A stretch of 63,481 bases of DNA, counting the filler, from Octopus bimaculoides (Eukaryota): assembly GCF_001194135.2 (NCBI RefSeq). It is 5 parts of 5 records of this genome, joined end to end, with 100 filler letters (N's around TTAATTAATTAA, not from the genome) between each part and the next. Parts side by side here need not be neighbours in the genome. Positions count along the whole stretch, not along the records: positions 35,505 to 52,657 come from NC_068984.1; positions 52,758 to 54,738 come from NW_026396762.1; positions 54,839 to 63,481 come from NC_068981.1; 2 more parts are not named here. The stretch is one strand, 5' to 3'. The position numbers and the translations under genes are program-made. The notes under the pieces are model-generated. The model saw nothing but the letters and a program-made list of their open reading frames with translations. It had not been told where the DNA came from and made no database searches. Positions 50,622 through 62,918 of the stretch are shown here, piece after piece. The first letter of the stretch is position 1. The number at the start of each line of letters is the position of its first letter.

Positions 50622-51159
50622 CAGATACATAAACATACATACATACATACATACAGACATACATACATACATACAGAAAGGAGAAGGCTGATCCGGAGAT
50701 TACAGATCTAAGCCATCACTGGAATTGTAAAAATCTGTAGAACATTCCGGAAGTTTATCTTTTAAGTATATATGAGCATGTCTAGATCTGCAAGTATATG
50801 CAGGAGAACACATGCTTAAAACAAAATATACAAATCTGCATACATACATACATACATACATACATACAAAAATCCCCTGTTGTTGATGTTGAAATTCCAA
50901 TGATCTATGTTAGAAACCAGCTCTTTCCCTATTGGCAAGAAATCTTGAAATAAAACTGGTTAATGACATATATACATATAATCTTATTAAGTAAGAGTCC
51001 TTAGAGTGGGTAAGGTGCACTAATATGGCAAAGCAGAATCAGCCCAGGGTTAAACCCAAACTTAGTCGGGTTTGGGGACACAATATGTATGCTATGTGCG
51101 TTTGTGTGTACATATATATATATACATACACACATACGCACACATGCACGTGCATACAT

Positions 51160-51210
<51 letters not shown>

Positions 51211-52268
51211 NNNNNNNNNNCTTGTTTGTCCCCTGTGTGTGTAGCCCCTTGTGGGTAGTAAAGAAATAACACATGCACACACACACACATAACCGATTAT
51301 TTTTAAGCTGAAAGAAAATAGCATTTCTTTAATAAAATTCAACCTAAAGCCGTAATAAACATTGCTGCGGGCTGTATACTTGACACTCTTGGAGAACCTA
51401 TTCAATAGATTAAGTATGTTGGGCTCCATCGCTGCCATCACTTAACTATAAACACAAACTTAACCGATGATTTTTTGCAAATATAGCACCACGGCTGAAA
51501 AGATAGATGAAGTAAAATAGTATCATACTTGAGAGTGGTTTGTTTTTAATCTCTAAGATTTTATTAGCTACTTTAAGAAGGAAAAAACAGGATTCTATAC
51601 TGACTGACAAGAAAGCTTCTTTTCCGTATAGATTTACGGTTAACATGTTTAGAAATAGCATTCTATTTACTCTGTAAAAGAGAACAGTAGAAAGGCGTAC
51701 ATTATTGATCGAAATATAACCAAATTTAATCTCTAGAGTTTTAAAAGAAATAAATGCTGACTTTCTCTTTGACGTACTAGTTTCTAACCCAAAGGCACAG
51801 TAATTTTAGTATCAGTCAATAGATTTGCTCTACGGTATGAATTCTACATTTCATCAAATGAAAAGTGTTGAAAGATTAGTTCAGCTTGAAAGAACTTTTG
51901 AGTGGCCACTTTCTTGTTCGAGTCTGTTTCGATGCATTTCCAGCTTAATGAAATTTACTGGTCTGAATAGTTCCTGTTAAACATATCGATAATTCTAGCA
52001 ATTTTTGTGTCAACAGTTAGATTTCTTATTGGCTGAAATCCATAGGAGGCCCATTATTGCATTTTCAAGTCATAAAATGCCAAAGAAATTACAAGTGTGC
52101 GCGAAACTTGAATTATTGATTTAATTGCTAAGGTTTTATTGTTCTTTCAGTTATCAAAAAGGCGTTACATTAGCATTTTGAGGCTCAAAATGACATTTAA
52201 CTTCAATCAAGTGCAAGAGCGGAATATTTTAGACATTTTTACGTTGGAATACATGCAAACATACATAA

Positions 52269-52303
<35 letters not shown>

Positions 52304-52313
52304 ACATAGATAA

Positions 52314-52378
<65 letters not shown>

Positions 52379-52657
52379 CATATGTATGTACGTATCTATT
52401 TTATATACATGCACACATAGATATATACGTATATATATATATATATATATATAATATATGAGTATATGCATATATATATGTACATGTATGTACATACCTT
52501 CATCTACATGTATATATAGATGCATATCTGGGTATATGACGTTGCAAAACAAAAACATGGAAAAATGATAAACAAGGTACAGAAAACACACAGGCCACAT
52601 AAAATACATTTCCTTCATCAGCTGCCACCATTATAACACTGGTGTTTCGAAGAGTTA

Positions 52658-52757
52658 NNNNNNNNNNNNNNNNNNNNNNNNNNNNNNNNNNNNNNNNNNN
52701 NTTAATTAATTAANNNNNNNNNNNNNNNNNNNNNNNNNNNNNNNNNNNNNNNNNNNN
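52658..52757. other. Artificial scaffold spacer N44-TTAATTAATTAA-N44
   Basis: 12-mer at 52702-52713. Confidence 0.97.
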
Positions 52758-54525
52758 AAAAAAAAAATATATATATATATATAAATAAAAAAATAAATAT
52801 ATATATAGATAAAAAAATAAATAAATATACAATTAAATAAATAAATAAATATAAATAAATAAATAAATATATAAATAAAGAAATATATATATATATATAA
52901 ATAAAAAAATAAATATATATATAAATAAATATATAAATATAAAAATAAATAAATATATATATAAATAAAAAAATAAATATATATATAAATAAAAAAAATA
53001 TATATAATACCTAAATAAATACCTAAATAAATATATATAAATAAATATATATATATATATATATATAAATATATATATATAAAAATAAATGAATAAATAT
53101 ATCAATAAATAAATACGGTGGTGCATCAGCATGGCCGCAGCTCTGAGCTGAAACTTTGAAATGAAATGAAATGAAATATATATAAATACATAAATAAATA
53201 CATAATGAAATAAATATATATATATAAATAAATAAATATATATATAAATAAAAAAAAATATATATAAATAAAAAAATATATATGAATAAATAAAAAATAA
53301 ATCAAGAATATATATAAATAAATATCTAAATAAATAAATATATATATAAATAAATATATATATATATATATATTAATAGATATATATATAAATAAATATA
53401 TAAATAAATAAATAGATATATATATAAATAAATATATATATATATTTATAAATATATATATAAATAAATAAATATAAATATATAAAAAATAAATGAAAAA
53501 ATACATAAATATATATATGTAAAAGAATAAATATATATATAAATAAAAAATAATTAAATATATATAAATAAATATATATATAAATAAATATATAAAGAAA
53601 TAAATATATAAAAAAATAAATATATATATAAATAAAAAAATAAAAAATATATAATTAATAAATAAACAAACATATATATATATATAAATAAATAAAAATA
53701 TATATATATAAATAAATAATTAAATATATATAAATAAAAAATAAATAAATATATATATAAATAAATATATATATAAATAAAAAAACATGAATAAATATAT
53801 ATAAATAAAATAACATGAATAAATATATATCAATAAATATATATATATAAAAATAAATAAATAAATATATCAATAAATAAATATATATATAAATAAATTT
53901 AAAATAATAAATATATATATAAATAAGAAAATAAATATATATCAATAAAAAATAAATAAATATATGCACCAAAAGTCAATTCCTGAAGTAAAATTCATGA
54001 AGTAAAGTTGTGTAGCAACACCAAATGGCAGTGCCCCAGCATGGCCACAGCTCATGAGCTGAAACTAGATAAAATAAAATAAAAAATAAAACAAAAATAT
54101 AATTAAATAAATTAATAAATATATATAAATAAACAAATACATATATATATAATTAAATAAATAAATTAATATTTAAATAAATAAATAAATATATATACTT
54201 ACAAATAAAAAAATATATATAAAGAAATAAAAAAATTAAAAAATATATATATTCACGGTGGTGCACCAGCATGACCGCAGCCACTTGGCTGAAACACATA
54301 AATAAAAAAATAAATATATAAATAAAAAATAAATAAATATGTATATAAGTAAATATATATATAAATAATAAATAAATAAAAACATAAATAAATAAATATA
54401 TATACAAATAAAAAAATAAAAAAATATATATATAAATAAAAAATAAATAAATATGTATATAAGTAAATATATATATAAATAAATAACTAAATAAAAATAT
54501 AAATATATAAATATATATATTAGCA
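52758..54525 (+). repeat. Almost pure A/T low-complexity tract (about 1.75 kb) containing three LINE/SINE 3'-end stubs
   Basis: (A3-6T)/(AT)n mosaic with stubs at 53116-53156, 53965-54068 and 54256-54296. Confidence 0.92.
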
Positions 54526-54738
54526 ATCCAACTGTCTTTTTTACCACTGCAGATATAAAAGCAGAGGCAATGATGATTGATTACATCGATATAAAGGAAG
54601 ACGATGTAATAAGGGCTATAGATGAATTGAACTCAAACTCAGCTACTGGCCCTGATGGATTCCCAGCAATCCATCTAAAGGTATGTAACCGAGTCCTAGC
54701 AAGACCACTGCAGTCCCTCTTTCAGAGCTTCCTTGCAT
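54526..54738 (+). mobile_element. CR1-group LINE fragment (start of RT)
   Basis: DIKEDDVIRAIDELNSNSATGPDGFPAIHLKVCNRVLARPLQSLFQSFL (GPDG motif). Confidence 0.88.
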
Positions 54739-54838
54739 NNNNNNNNNNNNNNNNNNNNNNNNNNNNNNNNNNNNNNNNNNNNTTAATTAATTAANNNNNN
54801 NNNNNNNNNNNNNNNNNNNNNNNNNNNNNNNNNNNNNN
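54739..54838. other. Artificial scaffold spacer N44-TTAATTAATTAA-N44
   Basis: 12-mer at 54783-54794. Confidence 0.97.
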
Positions 54839-55470
54839 ATATACTTATATAGAATGTGTTTTGTGTAAGAATATATATGTTATGTTAATAACTTTACTTT
54901 AAAACACTTGGCGTTGAAAGTTATTTTGCAGTTGGCAGGAAGGTTCATTTCTTTGTTCAAATAGCCTTTATGGCATGGCGTTTCCTTTCCTTTCGTTTCT
55001 TTTTCTGCCGTTAATGAGACTGGCCGGAAATAATCGGAAACGAGAAGCAATATCTGTGATGAGGCTAGGTCTACATGAAGCAATCAAACATTTTAGACTT
55101 TAGTTATATTTTTGAGAATCATATAAAATCTTAAATGTTTAAAAGAAATAAGAAATAAATAGCCATGTCGTTGAATCTTGTTTGAAGATAAAATTTGATA
55201 CAGAGTGATATGGCACAATTAAGACCAAACAAATTGGTGGGTGGGGATACGTTTCCGAATCAGAATTTATTTAAAAAGTAAAACAGTGAATGGTAGTGAG
55301 TGATCAACGATAGCAAAGCATAAACACAAAAGAAAGAGTCATATAATGATGTACGGTAAATGTATGTTGATGAATAGCTGAATGTTACCAGAAACGTGGC
55401 AGAAACGATGTTAAATGCACAAAAGTCTAGTTATACAATATTTATTTTACACATTACTTTTGACTGACTT

Positions 55471-55770
55471 GATATGTCAAGAACCGCTGGATGGATTCGG
55501 ATGAAACTTTCAGAGATGTTTGTCCACCTGACTGGCACGAACTAATTAGGTTTTGGGATCGATCCGGTACCGGACAAGGATTCTGGATTATTTTTCCGTT
55601 TCTTTTTTCTTACTTAATTTTTCGAACGGTCGGGTTCATTTTTAGTATTCTCGTTTGTGAGAGCAGCCCAGTTTATTTCAGATATTCTCATTTTAAAAGT
55701 GATCTCAGGATAATCGTTGAGAGGACGTTGGTGTTGCTTAGCGGAGGTTTGTGCTCTCTGAGTGCTCTTG
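55471..55770 (+). mobile_element. HINE/DINE-1-like element, 5'-truncated
   Basis: Reverse-complement homologue of 34029-34330; ends gcggaggttt-gtgctc-tct-gagtgc-tctt. Confidence 0.75.
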
Positions 55771-55776
55771 TTATTA

Positions 55777-55825
<49 letters not shown>

Positions 55826-56201
55826 TTGGAATTAAAGCTTCCAGTTACACGTATGTAGCTTCACCTATATAGACATGAAGCTTTCTTTGATGATGATAAT
55901 GATAATGGTGGTGACAGTAATAGTAGTAATGGCGGTAATGAAAAGAATAATATGCAGTCTCATTATTAGTTTTCATAAGAGACCAAGTAATTGCTGCAGA
56001 AGCTCTCGATCTTTTCAAAGAGCCGAAATGGCCAATTTAAGCCCTGAGGAGAGAGTAGCAAGCACGGAAGTTAACCTGTCTGCCAACTAACCAGCCATAC
56101 TACAACAACTACTACTACTACTACTACTACTGCTGCTGCTGCTTCATCTGCTGTTGCTGCTGCCGCTGCTGCCGCTGCTGCCGCCGCTGCCGCCGCTGCT
56201 G

Positions 56202-56241
<40 letters not shown>

Positions 56242-56564
56242 ACAACAGCAACAACAACAACAACACACGCATAGTGGCAGCCGTAAAACTAAGAGTTAAC
56301 GATTCCTTTACTACAGCTATAGAATGTGGCTTAGACAAAGGCAAAAGCAGCAACTACAACGACAAAATGTTCAACCTCAACGATGACTACAGCTTGCTAA
56401 TTCCAACCCTTTTTATCTCTAGCTACAGAACGTAGACTAACCAGACAGGAAAACAATGACACCAGCAACAACTCATGAAGAACAGCAATGATGACAACAA
56501 CGCTGTTCCCGTGGCTACAGAAGGCCGCTGCATGGGCAAAAGCAACAACAACAATAATAATAAT

Positions 56565-56741
56565 ATTCCTTTCTACTATAAAAAGACTCCAGTGCTGAAC
56601 TGGTATTTACTTCATCGACCTCGAGATGATGAAAAGCAAATCGACTCTGGAGAAAATTGAACTCAGAACGTAGAGACAGATGAATTACCGCTAAGTATTT
56701 CGCCTGGTACGCTAACGACTCTGCCAGCTCGCCGCCTTAAC

Positions 56742-56774
<33 letters not shown>

Positions 56775-56985
56775 CATGGTTTCAAATTTTGCCTCAAGGA
56801 CAGCCATTTTGGGGGAGTGGGTTGGGTTTCTTACATCGACCCCAGTGTTTCACTGGTACGTAATTTATCGATCCGAAAGAATGAAAGGCAAAGTCGACCT
56901 TGGTGAAATTTGGACTCAGACAGACGAAATACCGCTAAGCATTTCGCTCGGCTTTCTGACGATTCTACCAGTTCGCCACCTTAAC
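56565..56985 (-). mobile_element. Two tandem SINE B copies separated by (AAT)n
   Basis: Both end ..ctgccagctcgccgcctt / ctaccagttcgccacctt on the plus strand. Confidence 0.88.
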
Positions 56986-57237
56986 AATAAAAATATCCGA
57001 AGGATAGTCACAAAAAGAGGTCTAAAATAAACGGCTTGGTTACAGCTTCACTTTCTTCTATCCACGCCGTTTCTAACACTAGGAATTCCACAAATTGCAT
57101 CACCAAAGATATAGTATAGTTCTAATTTCTCTTACAAGACGACATAACGAGAAGAAAAGAAGGATTAATGACACACGTAGAAAGGCTGGAGTGAAAGAAA
57201 GCTAAAACAGACACGCAGGCATCGGTAAGAATTGAAT

Positions 57238-57450
57238 TGAAGGCGGCGAGCTGGCAGAAACATTAGCACGCCGGGCGAATTGCTTAGCGGTATTTCGTCT
57301 GCCTTTACGTTCTGAGTACAAATTTCGCCGAGGTCGACTTTGTTTTTCATCTTTTCGGGATCGATAGATTATCATTTGCGTACTGGGGTTGATCTAATCG
57401 ACTGGCCTCCTCGCCCAAAATTTCGGCCTTGTGCCTAGAGTAGAAAAGAG
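57238..57450 (+). mobile_element. SINE family B, full length
   Basis: aggcggcgagctggcagaaacattagcacgccgggcgaattgc...ggccttgtgcctagagtagaaaag. Confidence 0.92.
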
Positions 57451-58493
57451 ATCAATTGAAAGTGAAATAACAAAAAGTTACGTCTGAAAAGGGCAAATCT
57501 ATCTGGTTGTAGCAGGCCCAAATAATACTTTTATTTTTTAAAAACTCGCTGTTACAATTTCNNNNNNNNNNNNNNNNNNNNNNNNNNNNNNNNNNNNNNN
57601 NNNNNNNNNNNNNNNNNNNNNNNNNNNNNNNNNNNNNNNNNNNNNNNNNNNNNNNNNNNNNNNNNNNNNNNNNNNNNNNNNNNNNNNNNNNNNNNNNNNN
57701 NNNNNNNNNNNNNNNNNNNNNNNNNNNNNNNNNNNNNNNNNNNNNNNNNNNNNNNNNNNNNNNNNNNNNNNNNNNNNNNNNNNNNNNNNNNNNNNNNNNN
57801 NNNNNNNNNNNNNNNNNNNNNNNNNNNNNNNNNNNNNNNNNNNNNNNNNNNNNNNNNNNNNNNNNNNNNNNNNNNNNNNNNNNNNNNNNNNNNNNNNNNN
57901 NNNNNNNNNNNNNNNNNNNNNNNNNNNNNNNNNNNNNNNNNNNNNNNNNNNNNNNNNNNNNNNNNNNNNNNNNNNNNNNNNNNNNNNNNNNNNNNNNNNN
58001 NNNNNNNNNNNNNNNNNNNNNNNNNNNNNNNNNNNNNNNNNNNNNNNNNNNNNNNNNNNNNNNNNNNNNNNNNNNNNNNNNNNNNNNNNNNNNNNNNNNN
58101 NNNNNNNNNNNNNNNNNNNNNNNNNNNNNNNNNNNNNNNNNNNNNNNNNNNNNNNNNNNNNNNNNNNNNNNNNNNNNNNNNNNNNNNNNNNNNNNNNNNN
58201 NNNNNNNNNNNNNNNNNNNNNNNNNNNNNNNNNNNNNNNNNNNNNNNNNNNNNNNNNNNNNNNNNNNNNNNNNNNNNNNNNNNNNNNNNNNNNNNNNNNN
58301 NNNNNNNNNNNNNNNNNNNNNNNNNNNNNNNNNNNNNNNNNNNNNNNNNNNNNNNNNNNNNNNNNNNNNNNNNNNNNNNNNNNNNNNNNNNNNNNNNNNN
58401 NNNNNNNNNNNNNNNNNNNNNNNNNATATATATATATATATAACACGACTCTGGTTATGCCCACATAAGTTCCTTGTATATCTTTCTCTCCAG

Positions 58494-58548
58494 CTCTCCA
58501 CTTGACAGGAAGATGAGCAATGTCACACCTGTGCTACGCACAACAGGC
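58494..58548 (+). CDS. Candidate 55-nt internal coding exon of an unidentified host gene
   Basis: Acceptor tatctttctctccag|, donor |gtaagt, and a single open frame (S)SPLDRKMSNVTPVLRTTG. No homology recognised. Confidence 0.4.
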
Positions 58549-60986
58549 GTAAGTAGGGAAGCAGGTGCTCTAATTGTAGCAATTTCTTTCACCAAACTTC
58601 TAAACCCATATGTAAAATGTTTGCATTTTGTCATTCGATCGGAAATTTTATTCGGTCAGTATATTTTGAATGAAATGTCAACAAATATCTTATTGCGAGG
58701 GTGTTTTAACAGTCGGCAATCTCCTCCAATCATATCGTGTTATTACCAATGGAAATAAATTTTCTTAGGTTATTTTTCATTGTACAATGCGTGCAAACTA
58801 ATATTTGCACCCCTTTTGCAAATCACAGATCCATTTGCAAATCGTTCCATTTACAAATCATATTAGGTAGGAGCACTAAATGCTATCTAAATGTGAACAA
58901 TCCTTTGTATATAAAGGCAATGTTTGATATTAAAGCTTTCAGTAGTTCTAATTGAGCAGATGACACGTCAAACATTTGTCTGGTAGTCACCATCATAATG
59001 CAATATTTACGAGCCATCTAGGAGCTTCCGTATTATCTCTTGATATACTATTTAAACCAGCCAAATCTCGCTTAAATCAACTCATTTTTCTCTTGAAGAA
59101 AACAATGGATAATGGAGTTCCACATAAATTATGTCTGGAATGAAAAAACAAAAACAATAAAAAATGGAATAATGATTTTTTTTGGCTACAATACTTTTTT
59201 GCACATGCTTCCTTAACCAGAACCAACCTGTAGCTAAGCAACAAAAACATCAACTTGGTTAACTTGGCTATTTCACTTTAGAAGACTTGAACTGATATTT
59301 ACTGAAAGGATCTCCGCTGCAATAGATCGTGAAAGAGCAAGTTGTGTTTCTCGTCAGTTTCGTTTATCCTCTTAACAGAATCTTTATGCGTAGCCAAAAG
59401 GATCTCTATGATTCCGAACATCATTACAAGTTTATGCGTCATTCTTCATTACCCAGATGCGTAACCAGTGAGCATTGAGTTAAAATCTTGAAAGAGGCGG
59501 TATTATGTTAATACACTTTCCTGTTTAAATTAAAGATAAAATAAAGGCGAAGAAAAACTCAAAAAGATTACATAGAGTAGAGCCTATGATAGCCAATATT
59601 GTTTCCCTTAAATAATTTGAAGAATACTTGCCCATTACCTATTCTAATGGTTAAAAAGTAAAAATCTCTAGAGAGACGAAATGATGTGGAATCTGGGACT
59701 GAAGTTTTGCTTGGTTAATCTTTAGAAGGAATAACTTCGCAACAGGAGCAGCATTGGCAGTTTTACTGAATACTGTTTAGTTGGGTTTGCGTGTTGTAAC
59801 TGCGGTTAGACTCCAGGATTAGTATGAAGGCGTCTCTAAGCAGACGTAATGAAATTAAGACAGACATTTTCCAATAAGACGTCAACTTTGTTGAGTAACT
59901 TGCCAAACATATTTACCGTTGTTTTAGATTATATTTTTAGACTCTTTCATATATTCATGTGTAATGTTTTCCCACCTTATGTACTGTATATATTACTTTT
60001 GAACATCTTTTTCATACTACTTGCATTTTCACTTTTCTTCACCTATTGTATTTCTTTAAATGTCTTACTACATACCATCTATTTGTACATTTAATCTACC
60101 AGAAATTTAACAAATGGCTCTAAAAACAATTATTGTAAAGTTAGACATTGACTGTATCCTTTCACCCAACATCCAACGGCTAATTCTCTCTTATATTCAT
60201 CTCTTCCAGCCTTCTTTGCAATTCAACTTACTGTTCCGTTTTATTATTTTTTGTTTCTCATACTGCGTTTCACTTTAATTTTCCAATACTTTGTGTCATA
60301 TCTTGATCCTCATTTTTATTTCATTAGGTGCATTTTCCCCTTTATCTCTTCTCTCTGTCTCTCTCTGTCTGTCTTTCTGACACGTTGGTATACATTATAA
60401 ACATTACACATCAGTGTTTTAACCAAAGGCTGTTTAGATATTAATTGTGGGCCAGTTAGCTTTCGCGATGATAATGGTGATGATGATGATGATGATGATA
60501 AGACTAATGGATAGGCTTACATTATTTCTTTTTGGAAATTTGTTTTAACGTTACGCGCTGATTAGCAGTATTTACAACAAGAAAACATGGCTCCATTATG
60601 TGTTACAGGCGCCCACCATACAAAAACTTAACAAAGCATTTTATACAATAAGATTTTACATGTTTATTGTGCAATGCAATATAATATATAAGGGAGGGGC
60701 GAACATTATATTTTATCTGAAATAGTTGTTCAATATAGAGACGCCAAAGTGGCAATTAAAATTGGTCGGAAACCATATGGTTTCTGGTTCAGTTCCACTT
60801 GCAACACCAATCACTACTATCACCCGCTTTTTGCCGTGGCCGAAGAACAACCTGTAGATTTTGGTGGAAGCAACGTGTTAAATTGTTGCGTAACGAAACA
60901 CATGCATTTCTCGGACTATTCTTTCACTTCTCTCCAGACTATTGTCGGACTATTCTTTTCCTTCTTTCCGGACTTCTTCTCCATCC

Positions 60987-61020
60987 TCTTTCTGATGAAG
61001 AGCCATGCCTAAAACGTCAC
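60987..61020 (+). ncRNA. Decayed minimal hammerhead-like motif of the 14.4/37.8 kb repeat family
   Basis: tcttt-CTGATGA-a-gagc-cat-gcct-aaaa-cgtc. Confidence 0.45.
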
Positions 61021-61128
61021 ACGCCCTAATTTGTCCATCTTAAACTGTGCATTAACCTAATGCATTTACTGTGTACTTTTGCGGTTTTGTTCTTACTCAT
61101 GTTTTTATTTTTGATTTGCCTCTATATA

Positions 61129-62665
61129 CAGGGTTGGATAAAATAACGGAAACACCTTAAAATTTCAAATAAAATAATTTTAACACGAGGTAGGACCGCC
61201 TTTGGCAGTAATTACAGCTTCAATTCTACGAGGTATGTGAACTCGTACAAAGTTTAAATTGTTTCCAAAGGAATTTTGCCCATTCTACAGTTCTTGTAGT
61301 AATGATGTTATTTCTTTACTTTAATGAATAATTTCTTATTTCTTTATTACCCACAAGGGGCTAAACATAGAGGGGACAAACAAAGACAGACAAGGGGATT
61401 AAGTCGATTACATCGACCCCAGTGCATAACTGGTACTTAATTTATCGACCCTGAAAGGATGAAAGGCAAAGTCGACCTCGGCGGAATTTGAACTCAGAAC
61501 ATAACGGCAGACGAAATACCGCTAAGCATTTCGCCCGCCGTGCTAACGATTCTGCCAGCTCGGCACCTTTCTTGTAGTAATGATGGCGGAGGATATCGAC
61601 TCCTTACTTGTTTTTCTAAAATGCACCATAAACGTTCAATAATATTGCAATCTGGTGACTGTGGCGGCCAGATAAGATGTTCAACTTCACTAGAATGTTC
61701 CTCGTGCCATTCAGTAACAACTTTAGCTGTGTGAATTGGTGCATTACCTTTATGAAAGATTGCATCTCTCTCTGAAAACAGTTCCGCATTCATAGGATAA
61801 ATTTGATCAGATAAAATGCTTAAATAGTCTTGACTATTAATTCTACCAGAAAGGGAAACCATTGGGCCGGCAGATTTCCAAGATGTAGCCGCGCCAGATC
61901 ATCACAGATCCTCCTCCACGTTTAAAAGTTGGAAAAATGCAGTCTGGGTCAAATACTTCTTTTGGCTGTCTCCACACGTATACCCGGCCGATGGTCGTAA
62001 ATAAGGTAAAGGATGACTCGTCCAGGAAAATAACATTCTTTCACTGCTCTAGGGACCAATTCTGTAGGTTTTTCTTCCACTCTAAACGCTTTGCAACGTT
62101 TGTTTTTGATAGTACTGGTTTTCTGATTGCAGCCCTCCCGTGAAATCCGACGTTGTGCAGCTCCCGGCGAACAGTTTTTGTGGAACCTGGGTTCTCGAGA
62201 TGGTCATTAAGCTCTGCAGTAATTCTGGGAGCTGTACCTTTGTACCTTTGTGAACCTTTTTTAACGGTTCACGTGAGTCGGACGGTCCTTATCTGAAAGT
62301 TTTGGCTTTCTTCCGGAGTTTTGTTTCGACGAGGAGGTTTTTCCCTCTTTCTCAAAGGCTGTCATTACTTTCGAGACTACTTCTTGATACACCAAACATT
62401 TTGGGTGTTTTCGTTACGCTAGCGCCTGCTATACGAGCACCAACAATTTGAACTCTTTACAAGTCCGATAGATCTGTCATTTTGATGAATTTTAATTACC
62501 TTTTTCTGATGATATCTGAAAAGAAAAAACAGCAATTTTAGCAAAACATATTAAGCAACACTAATAATAAATCAAAAAATATAAAAATAAGCAAGCTTTT
62601 GACAGTTTTATAGATATTTAAAAATTATGATGCTAGGTCTTTTCCATTATTTTGTCCAACCCCTT
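61129..62665 (-). mobile_element. Tc1-like (DD34E) transposon, nearly full length, frameshifted
   Basis: TIRs TA|cagggttggataaaataacggaaacacc and ggtctttccattattttgtccaacccctt|TA. Transposase MTDLSD..QIVGARIAGASVTKT, SGRKPKL, VIFLDESSF, GGGSVMIW, FHKGNAPIH, WPPQSPDCNIIE. Confidence 0.93.
61308..61568 (-). mobile_element. SINE B with alternative 3' tail, inserted into the Tc1 with a 17-bp TSD
   Basis: TSD ttcttgtagtaatgatg at 61291-61307 and 61569-61585; tail cccctctatgtttagccccttgtgggtaataaagaaata. Confidence 0.93.
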
Positions 62666-62862
62666 TATATACATATATAACAAAATAAAAAGAGTGGTTT
62701 ATTAGCAATTAGAAACTAAAGGAAAAATTAACAGAGGCCACAAAATTGACAGAGGGTACTGACTAGCACCACCTTTGCTAAAGATAAAATGTAAACTAAT
62801 TCAAAGCCACAAACGCACTGTCTTAAGTGACTGACAAAGGAAGGTAAGTCCCCACCGTACAT

Positions 62863-62918
62863 AGCCGGGTCACGATTTCGGATTTTGATGTTAACCATTT
62901 TAATCCTCATCAGCGGTT
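62863..62918 (-). ncRNA. Type I hammerhead ribozyme copy 1 (core intact, U16.1 to C)
   Basis: AACCG-CUGAUGA-GGAU-uaa-aaug-guuaa-cauc-aaa-AUCC-GAAA-UC-gu-GA-CC-CGGCU. Confidence 0.75.

Noticed and set aside
51341-51441. Minus-strand MAAMEPNILNLLNRFSKSVKYTARSNVYYGF as a first coding exon
   Set aside because: Weak donor (gttgaa), no recognisable homology and no partner exon.
52560-52657. GAAA...CTGATGA motif (also 37555-37600) as a type II hammerhead
   Set aside because: There is no NUH plus stem I hairpin between the motifs, and no convincing stem II.
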